Assembly: GCA_905178155.1 (NCBI GenBank)
Contig: CAJINV010000007.1
Span: 1,705,341 to 1,769,340, forward strand
DNA length: 64,000 bases
Reading direction: 5' to 3'
From: Amoebophrya sp. A120
Taxonomy: Eukaryota; Protista; Dinoflagellata
Shown here: positions 45,165 through 57,033 of the stretch, piece by piece
Layout of the letters: each line of letters begins with the position of its first letter
Numbering within the stretch: the first letter of the stretch is position 1
Notes under the pieces: model-generated
Told to the model about the DNA's origin: nothing
The model's database searches: none
What the model saw: the letters and a program-made list of their open reading frames with translations, nothing else
Translations under genes and position numbers: made by a program

Positions 45165-45345
45165 AAGAGAGAAGATAAGGATGAGAGAGAAGATAATGAT
45201 GGATGAGCGAGAGTGCGAGAAGAGAGGATGATGAGGAAGACGCGAAGATGACAGAAATACGAGATGAAGAAAGGATGATGATATGGAAGGCGAGACGAGA
45301 GAGAGAGAGAGATGAAGATGAAAGATGAACGAAGAGGAGGGATGA
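45165..45345 (+). repeat. Purine-rich (GA/GAT) low-complexity tract
   Basis: About 180 nt dominated by G and A, including a (GA)n run near 45296-45312. Confidence 0.8.
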
Positions 45346-45515
45346 AAATTTTGTAAAATTTAAATTTTTATCGAGATTTGTGATTACGTTCTTTTACTAT
45401 TTTCATTGATCGTCTCGCTTTCGGCAATTAAAATTATATCAATCTAGATACGTTTTTCGCCTTTATCTCTCTCAACTCACAAACAGTTTGCAAGCTGCAC
45501 CAACAAGAAAACAGA

Positions 45516-47355
45516 ATGATGTCATCTGCTTTTTGTTTTTCGAACAAAAACGCACGGTTGTTGTTTGTCTTCAAAGTGCTTCTGTGCACCACTATCAACC
45601 GGAAGTTGATGCATTGCGCTGCTTTTGCAGCGTCGCCGGGGTCGGGGAGTACTGGTGCCGCGTCACACGACTTTCACGTTGAGGATAAAGACGGCAGTCG
45701 CTCTTCACAGACTGCGCCGAGAAATACACTCCACTCCAATACCGGCGACGAGGAGATGTTGCCACTGCCAGGAACCGCGCTCCCGCACGAAACCTGGGAA
45801 AAGATCCATTCGTTCTTGTCCCCAACTGAGGCGACGGAGCGTGAGTTTGAGTGGATGGAGCACTACCAACGAGATGAAGACAGTATGGAGGTCTTCCTGA
45901 GAGAGGACCAGAAACGCACTGTATCCAATTTGGTCAAGTATCTCGAGAAGCTGAAAGCGGACAGCCTCGCCAAAGTTGCGGACAGCGCGGGGGACAGGTT
46001 GTTGATAAGTAGGGTGGTCCGCGACGCTGTGTTAAAATTTCTGCAGCGAAAAACACGACTGGGCCCGGAAATCGACCTTGACGATTCGGGCTTTGCGGGT
46101 GCAAGTAAGTACGCGCGCGGCTTGGGAGTGAAGAAGCAGAAGGCGAATATCAAGGGCACGATGAGCAAAACCGAGTATGTACGGGAGTGGCGCAAACAGG
46201 TTGAGGTTACGTCGTACCACGATAACTTTATAGCAGGGGGCCGCACGTTCATCTGTCGGGCAGAACTAGAACGGGAGGACTTGATGCTGAACGATAGGCT
46301 CGCGCTCACTGTGAATCGGTATAATCGGCAAGTTGGAATTGATTTTGAGGAACGCGATGAACATAAGATTAAGATTAAGAAGAGATGGCTTGGAACCCTG
46401 ATGCAGCACTGGTTGTCAACATCAAAAGTAGTCGCGAATGAAATTGAGAATAAAACCGGGACATCGAGCGCAGCCGAAGCGATACGCCTCGACGAAGACC
46501 ACGACGAGCAGGGAGTATTACCAGGATTGTACACTGTAACGTCGAAAGCAACAGCGCGTGTTGAACACCTTAGGTCAACAAGGGAACGCGGCTTTGACGA
46601 AGAAGTAGCGCGAAAGAAGAAGCTAAAGGGGTACTGCCCTCGCGTTTTTGCACATGCCTCGGTTTTGGAGGATGAGCCTGCACCGGATGAAGATCGGTTG
46701 GAACTAGAAGAAGAAGAGGTGGGTGATCGGAGTCGCATAATTGTATGGCCGAAGGGAAGTGCCACAGGTAGGCTGCGTCAACAAGTCAACACAGTCAAGT
46801 TCAGGTATACCACGAACTTCGAGCCCCTGGAGGAACTTCTGAGTGACGAGCGCGTGGGAGCTCGAATCGAACAAGCAATTTTGAACACCAGCCTGTTGCT
46901 GTTCCCGAAGATCAACTCACAAGCAGATTACTTTTTGGTGAAGTTTTTGGTCTTGGAATCGCCTACAGTCTTCACATTGCTTATGAAAGCGTCAGGTTGG
47001 TGGAAATCCTCAGAGTGGAACTAAATGAAAGCTGTCATCATGCTGCAAAAAATCGGGGCAACAGATTTAAATGCGTGCCCTCCCGCCTGTCATGCTAGTC
47101 AACATCTTGTTATTCTGGACCAGGACCACGTCAGCCAGGACTACAACACGAATCGGCCTCCCTTGCTCTCGCCGCAGTTCACGCATTTCTTGTGATGTAG
47201 CCCTAGCGCTTCTTGCATCTATAGCTTCCCTTTTGCATTATTTCCAATCTGACGCGTCCATATTGCTTCGCTGTGAGTTTACCATGGAGTGGCCTCCCTC
47301 GTCGGACTGCAGGTTCAAGATATGCCAGGCAGCTCGATACACCGACCTACGGTAG
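45516..47355 (+). CDS. Lineage-specific protein with hydrophobic N-terminus and F-box-like motif, paralog a
   Basis: 502-aa ORF to 47024. A downstream segment (EWPPSSDCRFKICQ, to 47355) matches the paralog's C-terminus (NWDCRFRICE) and joins through a 274-nt non-canonical intron flanked by the repeat gagtgg (47013, 47287). Confidence 0.7.
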
Positions 47356-48589
47356 ACCCGTGGCCACGTCGCTTGAAGACGACCAATCAATGGCGCGGCA
47401 TCTTCCACCGGCTTCGGGCTCTTTGACGCTTTCAGCACATGACTGATGATCCGCGTTTGTGAACTGTTCCAGTTTATCTTTTACGTGTTGTTTTTATTGG
47501 CTTGTTGCGCATGATAGTTTGAGGACGTAGAAGGACTTCTAAGACGAGTGGCACCTTATAGCGTTCGCATCCGATTATGTGTATAATCAGATAGTGCAGC
47601 AAGTAAGGAAGCTTCGGACTCTAAGTAACTTCGCCGACAGACCACGAACAATCAATATTCAAATGATTATACCCACTTTTTCGAAGTATCTTTAGGGTTC
47701 GACAGGGCTGGAAGTCGAGCTCGAGCATCTTGATAATTTTCAACATGCTCGCAACACGCACGTCGCGCGTCGTTTGTGTATGTGCGTTTGCTAATCATGC
47801 CTGGCATCGAAAAACAGAAAGCTGCGCGCGTAAGCATCTTTTGTGTAACATCTGAACGCCATAATTCAACTTCAAAGCTCTACTTAGCGAAGTGAGTTAC
47901 ATCATAAGTAGCGCAATAAACTTTGAGATTGAGTATGATGCAACAGCAGTTGGCCCGTCACACACATTTATTCCTGATTTTTCTCAGCGCACGGATTACT
48001 TACTTAATTTGACGATCGATGTTGGTCGCAATTTATGAAGGGGATCTAATGCTGCGATCGATGAGTCCACCAGCACATAAGAGTAGATGGGATCGTGTAC
48101 GTGTTTGTTTGCCCCGTTCTTGATCCGGATGTTGGAACGTACAAGAGGTACACATACACTTCTGCAGGAGTTGTAGCATGGTAATGAGATGAACAACTAC
48201 TTCAACATCAAGTAGAACCGCTGCTCGCTCGTGGTTCCCTAAACAGATCAAGATCAAGGAAGCGTATTGATGCGATGATCAGAAGCGCGCTCTTTCTACT
48301 TGTGATGAGCACGCCGCGCTGTACTTACGATGATGTCCGATCCCGATGAGCACAATTGTAGGATCTTCCATTTGAGCGTCGTTTCGGAATCAAGTGCCAC
48401 TATTTCGTAGTTCCCCGCCCGCAAGCGATTATCATTATTATCGCTTAATTACAGGGTTAGTAAAAGTGTCTCCACGACTCTTCCCGAGTCAGAGATTACG
48501 ATTACGTTTGCGCAAACAAAAAATTGACGTCAACCAGTGTATTATCTTGATCTTCTTACTTGAGTTAAATCAGGAGAATCAGCCCGAAA

Positions 48590-51159
48590 ATGATATCATC
48601 CCCTTGCATGAGAGTCTGGTTGTTGATGCCCGTCTTCAAATGTGGCGCTCTCCTGTCCGCGACGATCACACAGCATGGGGTTAATGTTTTTGCAGCTGCC
48701 TCCCACCTTCCAGGAGCCACGAAATCCATGGCAAATCATGACGAGTGTCTCCTGGATCATGGTGATTCTGGTTTCATGTCATCAGAGGACGTGCAGGAAG
48801 ACATTTCTTCGCCTTCGCAGGCGTCTGGTCGTCCGGCCAGTCAGGACGTGCCAGAGGACCTCCCACCTGCTCGCCCTCTGGTGGACGAGAACTGGGAACA
48901 GATTCACTCCTTCTTGTCGCAACCCGCGGATTTTTCGAAAGAGGACCAGGAACGGACCGTCGCTAACGTGGCGAAGTACTTGGCGAAGCTCAAAGCTGAC
49001 ACACTGGCCGAGGTCCTTGAAGATGCTGCGGCCAAAAATGCTAGTCGTCCTCCCTCCGACCGCCGGGCCGAGGCGGATCAATTACTAGGCACGGCCATTC
49101 GAAACACCGTGCGGAATTTTTTGCTGCGGAAAACGCGCCTGGGACCGGAAAACTTCGCCGGAACAACAACAAGTGACGGCCTTGCGGGCGCGAATAAGAA
49201 TATGTTCATGCACAGCTTTATCGATCGAAAATTGGTGTCTGAGCCGCCGGAGAACAGCATTTTAGTGGGGCTTGTAGGTTGTATTGCTTGATGTCTAGTA
49301 TGATTCCGATTTCCGTACTAGCTGCACGTTGGAAGGGGTGTATTGCATTAACGGCTAATACATTTGGAAATGTGTCAACATATAAATATGATCCACCGTC
49401 ACCAAGAATTCAACCGATTCAGCAACCTCACAAGAAGAAATTTTCCTTCGAGCGAGACACGTTTGCGATTGGATTCGCCTGACCCAGAAGCAGTATCTGA
49501 AGGATTGGTACAAAAAGGTGTTCCCGAAAAGGAAAGACACGAGTCAGGACGACATGTGCGGTTGGTACGAAGAATACTCCTGGACGCCAAACCTGATCAG
49601 CAGGGACGAACGCGAGCACCGGCCGTTGGTATTCAAGAAAAAAACACCATCACAATCACTCTTGCACATTTACATTTTTGCATATACGAAAATTTTTGAT
49701 GTCATGCGCAAAAATGCATCACATTCAAGAGTTACTGGTGGTTTCCCTTTGTGTTTTTGAAATACAGGAAAAATTTGTCTTGCGAGAGAAATTTCTGATG
49801 CAAAACCTCCTAAATGTGATTTTTGTGATGGTGTTTTTTTCTTGGATAGTTGGCGTCCGGGTTGTACAGGTGTTCGGGGGAGAGCCTTGAAAGCATCAAG
49901 AAGATCACGATCCGAAAAGGCAACCGCTTCGATTCCATGCAGCAATGGCTTTCCGTCGACAGCCTGACCACGCCCTGGTTCGAAGCCACCAGCACAAGTG
50001 AAGGTGTCGCCACGACGTCGTCCGGCGGGGGGACTGATAGCGGTAGTACTAGTTCTAATTCCGCGAGAGCATTTACATCATCAGCTAGTGGTAGTGGCGG
50101 AAGAAATTATAACGAACGCGCGGGGACGATGTATCCAAACAATTTGTTTGGACACAAAGAATTTCCATACGCGGGCGAGACCACCGCCCCCGTGGCGGCG
50201 GTGGCCTTTGGCTTTGAGTCTGGGGATATTGGGAGCCACGCGCCTTGGCACGAGCAAGGACCTGAAGCACGGGCTCGCTTTGTCGAACACGTAGTGCAGA
50301 ACGACATATCGCAAGAAAAAACAATAGTTTCCCTGTGATGTTGCACTTGTTGTGATGTTGCAGAGAATGCATGGCGATGACAGAAGCGTTATCTACACAT
50401 GCAATGCAGTGCCAGTATGTTCGTAGGTGTATTTCCCCTTAGGAAGTTCGCATGCAGCTTTTTTTTGTAATGTAAAGCAACAGCTGCAAAAATAAGAATA
50501 AAGTACGAAACAAACGTGTTGGTGTTGCACAGGGAAGCTACACTTTTTTTGTTTCGATACGACAATCCATCGAGTTACTATCCCCGTGTTTTTTTGGAAA
50601 GGAAGTTGACGAGCGAATCCGCTCAAGATTTTTTTTCTATATCGCAGAGAAAAGAGCACAAACTAGTTAAGAACTGCCGCCATCTAGTAGACTGGGGCTA
50701 GTATGGAGGCTATGCACAAACGGGAACCACGGTTATTTTAGGTCATGCAAGAGTTATTTATTAAGTAAAAGCACATGCAAATGAGTGCCATTCATTACAA
50801 CAAGTCAAATATTATTCCCGACAGTTCTCCGCTCATTTGATTCTGTTGCATACCGTGCGCCCCTTGCCCCGAACGAAGACCGGCTTCGTTTCCAATACAA
50901 AAGTGGTGGAGAGTGGGACTTTGACCCAGCCGGGTATACCACTGACTTCGATCCAAGTGGCGTGTTCTTCGCCGACAAGTTTCGCACGCGTGGGCCTTGG
51001 GACGCAATGTGGCCGAGGAGCGTGTGGAAATTTCTGATCCTGGAATCGCCTACGGTCTTCACGATGTTGCACTGCGAGACGAGCCGTAATTGGGATTGCC
51101 GGTTTCGGATCTGCGAACGAGTAAACGAAGCAGTGTACCTCGCTGAACCTCTAAGCTGA
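48590..51159 (+). CDS. Paralog b of the preceding gene; about 5 exons
   Basis: Shared blocks WEQIHSFLS, EDQERTVANVAKYLAKLKAD, FLLRKTRLGPE, YYPRVF, YTTDFDP, KFLILESPTVFTML; four non-canonical interruptions (about 49199-49406, 49630, 50307, about 50634-50824). Confidence 0.7.
49630..49848. mobile_element. Introner-like TIR element, family D
   Basis: TIR tattcaagaaaaaaacaccatcacaa / ttgtgatggtgtttttttcttggata; perfect TSD gttgg. Confidence 0.9.
50307..50559. mobile_element. Introner-like TIR element, family E-like
   Basis: tatcgcaagaaaaaac...tttttttgtttcgata; perfect TSD cgaca; removal restores QNDNPSSYYPRVF. Confidence 0.85.
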
Positions 51160-52487
51160 ACCTGGAGAATAAGAGAACGCGGTCGGGTACCTCTAAGTAC
51201 TTACCTGCGCCGGATAGTTTCGTCGACTGATATTCCAGTGGAGTTGTAGCAGATAGTCTCGCGGCTGTCGCTCGCACTCCCACGATTTGAGTGTCATGCT
51301 TTGATCATTTATACAAATTTTATCCCCTGCAACTACAAGTGCAGCAACCTTTTTCGAGCATGATGAGTGCAGTGTCAATTATGTTCTGACTTCTGCGTAC
51401 TGTAAGCAATCAAAAATCAGTCTTTCATGTAGTGGCAGACCAGCAAAACAGTGCACGGTGCTGGCCCTGTTGCCACAGTTCTTGCCATTGTGACAATACA
51501 ATGAGGCGCCGGCCGCGTCGCTTACATAACTAAGAAACTAAACTTTTAAACATTTCGTTTCCTCGGCAAACACTCTCGTGTCTACTCAGCGGCACAGACC
51601 ACAGCTGTAAAGTTCTTGTCGACGAATAGCTGATAGATGAACAAGGATCACTCAGACGAGACGACCGCGGTATCAAATGAACTCTCAGATGAACAGTGCG
51701 AGATGACATCATGGAAACAAGACGAAGCACCTTATTTGTAGCATGATAAAATGAAATTCAGAAAGTGATGAACCACAACAGCATCATCAAGATGCTTTTT
51801 CTTCCCCCAGATAGATCATGAAAGCGTGGAGGTGTGAAGATGATCTAAAGCTCGCTCTTTGATTACTGGTAGGTCAACATGGTATTTTGATTTTCTTTTT
51901 ATTGACGTGAAGCGATGCTGATGCAGAAGCAGATCTTACTCCTGTATCGCCCTAAAGGAGATTTTGTTGCGAGTGCTGAGCAACAGCATAACCATAAATG
52001 GATGTGGATTGGCGAGATTTCGTGAAGATCAGATGAGTATTCGAAGCCTGCAGTGAAAAAGAAAAGCTGGCGACAAGAATAAAGTAGTCGGAGTCTACTT
52101 GTTGCCGCACTTCTTCCACTGCGACGGCAATACTAGTAAGTTACTGGAAGGAAGTGTAGCTGTAAGTTTTGAGACGGCCGTTTGACAAAGGCGTGCCGCT
52201 GCTGCTCCATTCGCGATCTTTTGAAATAAAAGTCTGAGCTACCTTTCCGCTTATCATTAGATATGTCTATGTGGTTATCCTTGAATTGCTCTTTCATCTG
52301 CAGCGACCACTACAGCGACCACTCGAAGATTCTGATTTCTCTATTTGTACTTCTATCCCGCACTTCTTCCTCGTTCCAGTTTTCAGATTCAGTCAGTTCA
52401 ATTTGCCCTCTTGTTTCACCTTTACGACCACAGTTTCTTAACTTCATTTTTTAGTCATTTGAAATTGAAATTGAACCAAGAACGAGC

Positions 52488-54458
52488 ATGATGTTGACGC
52501 AAGACCCGCCACAGCAACCGCAAGATGAAGCAGGGAGCATGGCTGGCCCCACGACCTCCTTTGTCGACCCGAACCACCACGCCGATGCGCCCACCGCCGC
52601 CCTCGCTTGGTGCTTGGAAGTCCGACCGGACATGCAGAAAGCGTCGCTGCACGTCCAACTCCCTTCGGAAAGCCGGTTTCAGGACGCCCGGATACGCGTG
52701 CGGGGGCCAGGGCAGCAATTATACAACCATAACCAACAGGGAGACGTTCCGGCAACATCACCAGGATCATCAACCGATGAGGACGTCGGAGAAAGTCATC
52801 GCTTCGGAATTCATCATCTTCGACGGGGTCGTGACCCTTCTACCTATCACGATAAAAACACCTACCTCGACCTGGTTGTGATCCTGAAAAAGAAACGACC
52901 CCCAGTGGCAGCAGGAACCTTGTCCCAGTTTATTCATCCCGTGGACGACCGCACTGATTTTGAACTCGAAGTAGAAAAGACGGTGAGCATACTGCTGCAT
53001 GGGGAGGAAAATTGTACTGAGAATGTTCGTGTTGTTGAACCAGCAACAACATTATTACCCGCGTCCTCTCCGGACTCCTCCTTTTTTGACTTATTTTCGA
53101 AATACCAAAATCTCCAACTGATTTCGGTCGACGCGAGGTCCGCGCTCCGGAAAACCGACAAGTTCCTCACCTTGCAGTTTTCCTTTGGCCGTGACGCGGT
53201 GTTCTACGAGGACGAAGACTTCATCCTCTGCAGCCCGGCGACGGACGAGAAAATCGGGAATCTGCGGTGCCGAGAGTGCATGGCGATGCTGCTGCCCGGG
53301 AAGACATCGGATCGGGAAATCGAGGGTTACGGACTCCCCTCCGCACTGTGGACCAGTTTTTCCGACTGCGTCGCGTGCGAAGAGTGCATTCCCTTCCGCA
53401 CCGCGAAGATTCCGGCGCAGGCGGGCCGGGTGTACTGGAGCAAACTGTCCGGGTTGGCGCACGTGGACGATTTGTGCCTGCCGGACAACCTGGACGTCCG
53501 GACGGGGAAGTGCAACAGCTGCGGCACCGTGGTCGCCGACCCCGTGGACGGGAACAAGGGCATTCAACTGCTCAAGCACAAAATCTTCCTGCTACCCTTC
53601 GAGTGTGATGAGGATAAAGAGACAGTAAGCTCTGCCTTGTTGAACGATCACGATGGGCCGTCACAGTCATCCTCATCCCATTCTATGTTGTCAAGTCGAA
53701 ACTTATTTGCTGCGAACACCGACGAGGCGTGCGTCGGCTTGGTTTTGCGCGACGCGTTAGAGGTGGACACGAATCGCCGCTTTCGCTTGGTGTACGTTCC
53801 GCCGGAACAGAAGGTGCATGACGCAGCTGCACCAGATTTCATGATGACCAGTATGGTGGATGAAAGTCCGGCGAGCTCGCTAGGATCTACTTCGACGACT
53901 ATGGATGTGACGATGTTGGATGGAGGAGCGAGTCGTGAAGAAATCGTCAATTATGGGAACTCGATTGACAGCACCGACACAGAAGCTGCTGCTGTTCGTG
54001 GTGACGACTTCGAGGATCATAAGGTAACGACATCAACGAGACCGATCTTGGTGAACGTGATTGCGAAGCGGGTGAAGGTTCTAGTGCCATGCCCTGCCAG
54101 TGAGAAAGAAGAAAGCGCATCAACAACAAACTCACAGGAGTTACAACGCGCGGAAGAGTTGAGGAGGCAACGAAACGACATACGGGACCACATGCAGGTG
54201 TGGTATCGGGAGGAAGATGAACAAGAAGTAGTAGGAAAAGGGCAATATGCGGACGCGAGGATAATATCAAGTCAAGGTGTCGAAGCACCACAACATCTAC
54301 AATCTTCACCACCGCTGGCTTCCCGGACCATCACCATTCGCGATCTCGCGGTATTTCGCAAAGTGCGGGAGTATCTGAACAGCTCTGCGAAGTGGATGCC
54401 GCAAGACGAAGCGGAAAAATGGACCTCCGGGTATTTGCCACTGCCGCCACCGGAGTAG
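52488..54458 (+). CDS. UBE3D/Ipa1-like (HECT_2) E2-binding ubiquitin ligase homolog, intronless
   Basis: LRCREC, LPSALWTSFSDCVAC, CNSCGTVV, LLKHKI and C-terminal LNSSAKWMP..WTSGYL match the pattern I recall for this family. Confidence 0.7.
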   Translation: MMLTQDPPQQPQDEAGSMAGPTTSFVDPNHHADAPTAALAWCLEVRPDMQKASLHVQLPSESRFQDARIRVRGPGQQLYNHNQQGDVPATSPGSSTDEDVGESHRFGIHHLRRGRDPSTYHDKNTYLDLVVILKKKRPPVAAGTLSQFIHPVDDRTDFELEVEKTVSILLHGEENCTENVRVVEPATTLLPASSPDSSFFDLFSKYQNLQLISVDARSALRKTDKFLTLQFSFGRDAVFYEDEDFILCSPATDEKIGNLRCRECMAMLLPGKTSDREIEGYGLPSALWTSFSDCVACEECIPFRTAKIPAQAGRVYWSKLSGLAHVDDLCLPDNLDVRTGKCNSCGTVVADPVDGNKGIQLLKHKIFLLPFECDEDKETVSSALLNDHDGPSQSSSSHSMLSSRNLFAANTDEACVGLVLRDALEVDTNRRFRLVYVPPEQKVHDAAAPDFMMTSMVDESPASSLGSTSTTMDVTMLDGGASREEIVNYGNSIDSTDTEAAAVRGDDFEDHKVTTSTRPILVNVIAKRVKVLVPCPASEKEESASTTNSQELQRAEELRRQRNDIRDHMQVWYREEDEQEVVGKGQYADARIISSQGVEAPQHLQSSPPLASRTITIRDLAVFRKVREYLNSSAKWMPQDEAEKWTSGYLPLPPPE

Positions 54459-54899
54459 CAGAGGAAAGGTTTATTTTGTGGAGAAGATGCTTATGCTTTT
54501 GTGGATCATGTGTGTGATTGGTGCTTTCTGAGGCGACAGCGAGGACAGCCAAACGCCTGGAACTGGAACTATTTGAAGTAGTCTGTCTCTACTTTTTCGA
54601 GGCTTCCGATTAGAAAGAATGAGAAGACCTTGCTCACAAGCAAGTTTCATCGCGGCCGACGGCTGCTTTGCTTTTTTGAACCAGTGGAGATAACCAGCAA
54701 AGCTACGTGAGGGAGCAGGCGCAGACGGACCCATCAGAATGAATTTTAAAAAACAAAACCAACGCAAGAGCGTCGTGGATTAAAAAAGCGGAGGCGTCGC
54801 GCGAGCCCCCATCATCAAGGCACGTAGCTAGCGTTAAGTGGGTTCGGGTAGTCTGCATTCTATGAATATGATCTGATGCCTTTTCATGCGCATCGATCT

Positions 54900-56640
54900 C
54901 CAAAGGGCGGCGCTTGGAAGGTTAATTTGTTGACCGCGCCACGCTGAGAAATTGGAAGCAGAAGGGGGCCGGCTGCCGCGACCAGTCAAGTAGAGCGACG
55001 ACCCCCCGGCGCGCTGCAGAGGTGGGCCCGCTGTGTGGCGCGGCGTTTTGGCGGGCCGGTCGGCTGAGAGGCCGCGCAGAGACCAAGCCCAAGGGGGCGC
55101 CGGCAGGCCCCCGGCCGAGGACTCCGGGCGAGATCAAGACAGCGGCGGGGGACCCGACAAAGCAGCGGAAGGCTGGCGCCGCAAATTCCAGCGGCCCGGC
55201 CCGTCGCGGCGTAAGTTCGCGCCGCACGGGCGCCCCTAGCCTGCCATGGCATATGGCCCGGCCGGCGCTCGGGTCGATAACGCAGCTAGCACAAGGGGGG
55301 CACGCAGCTCCGCGGACCTGCCAGCACTTCGAGGGAGATTTTGTAGGGGGCCTACAGAAAACGCAGCAGGAGCGTGGCGCCCGCTTTTTTCTTCCCATCC
55401 CCCCGAGCGCGGCCGGGGTGGTTCGCTTGCATGCAATGCCGGGGCCGCCTTTCACATACGGGCCGGACGTGAAGCGCCTGCAGTACCTGGGAGGTTTCTG
55501 CGATTTCTGCAGGAAGCAGAGTGCTACCATGGCGAGCCCAGCAAGGAGCGCTTTTCCGGTATTTACGGCGAACCAGGAAGATTTCTTCGGTGGGGGGGCG
55601 ATTTGGTGGAACTCCTGCGAGCCGTGTTCCACAGATGGGGCGCGTGGCGGGCGAGGGAGGGAGGGGGGGCCCATTGCGGGCGCCGGCGCTTGCAGGGCAG
55701 CTGTGGCGCGCACTCTTTGGGTAGGCAGCACCGCAAGCGCTTGGCTTTTCGCTGGGCCAGGCGGCAGGCTCTTGCTTGCATGGGGCCGAGTCGATCGCGG
55801 GGCCGCGCGCCCGGGGGCGCCCCCCCCGCCCGGGACGGCCCCGCCATTTTGGAGTGGGCCGTGGGCCGGGTACTACATAGATACGCTGCGCCCCGCGGCG
55901 AAGGAGGAGGATAGATTGCGTCGCAGTCGAAGACGGGCACCAAGACGGGGAAACGCACGACGAGGATGGTCAGAAGGAGGGCCGGAGTTTGGCTTTAGTC
56001 TGCTAGGTAGATCGGCCCCGGAGCGCATTCATTGCCGCCCCCGGCTTGGCAGGCAGCGGCTGGACGTTGATTGCGGGCCAAGCAAGGGTCCGCCGCGCGG
56101 TCTCGCCGAGTGCTCGCTCGGAAAGCACGGGGCCGCGCGCTATTCCCCAGCCCGCGCGAGCGCCAGGAAGCGGGCGCGCGGCCTGCCTCTTGTGTACGCG
56201 GTCCGTCGGGCCCCGCCCGAGCCGCGGCGCCGTACGTTCCGCGGGCGTTTTGTTTTTTTTTTATATTAATTTCTTTCCCGGACCCGGCCGCCCGTGCGTA
56301 CCCGTAGTTGCGCAGCCAGCTGGCATTTGGAACAGTGTTCCAAACCTCGTCGCGGTAGGCACGCACCGGAGCGCGCGCGCCAGATTCTATCTTTGCCGTG
56401 CGCCCGTTGGCCCCCACATGCCAGGGCAACTGCCTTGCTTCCTCGATGGGGCCGCGCAGTGCGTAACTTGTTTGGCTGCGTATGTCTATGTTCCCCTGAT
56501 GTGCATGTCCCAGCAGTAATTAATAAAGCGCCCCCGCGGTTGCGACGTTGTTGTTGGTGCCCGTGTTCCTCCCGGTTCAGTAGACGAAGACGAGAAGCCA
56601 ATAAGAATAACCAGGCCTCGGCGTCCATTTCCTAGAAGGT
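54900..56640 (+). mobile_element. GC-rich decayed retroelement (RT/RNase H-like remnants, DIRS/Ngaro-like)
   Basis: ORF 55022-56269 carries, in the expected order, FEGDFVG (cf. YxDDF), RLQYLG, WLFAG..AWG (cf. LFTDAS..GWG), FWSGPW..YIDTL (cf. W..HINxLE) and VDCGPSK. Catalytic residues are lost. Confidence 0.45.
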
Positions 56641-57033
56641 CTCGCCCAGCGAATGGCTTTTCTATTTCTTCCTCTTAGTTGATCCAGCAAGCATTTGAAG
56701 TTGGAAGGATTGTATACTACGCGTACGCATAGCACGACATGTTGTTTTTAAATAGGCAGGGTCTTCTTGCGCAGCGACGACAGTAAGTTCGTTCACCACG
56801 GTTTAGGATTTTATTAGTCTGTGGAATGTCTTACAGGTAAGTAGAAGTACGCAAATGCATGTGGAAGATCAGGATTCCTTGTTGTAGCACAGCTCTGGCT
56901 TGTTCAGTTCTTTCAATTAAAAAATCGTCCTGCCTTTTTCTGTGCTTCTACAAGACTTTTAAGGATTTATACGACTCAGCTAGTATTTGTGTTTTTACAT
57001 ACTGACGGGAAACCGTACCGAATAAAAATAAAG

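Noticed and set aside
50634-50828. Additional TAT...ATA element with TSD
   Set aside because: An intron is needed here, but ends and TSD are off by one base in a T homopolymer, so it was not counted.
43353-54458. UEV1, F-box-like genes and UBE3D-like gene as a ubiquitin-pathway cluster
   Set aside because: The F-box call is tentative and adjacency in a eukaryotic genome is weak evidence without conserved synteny.
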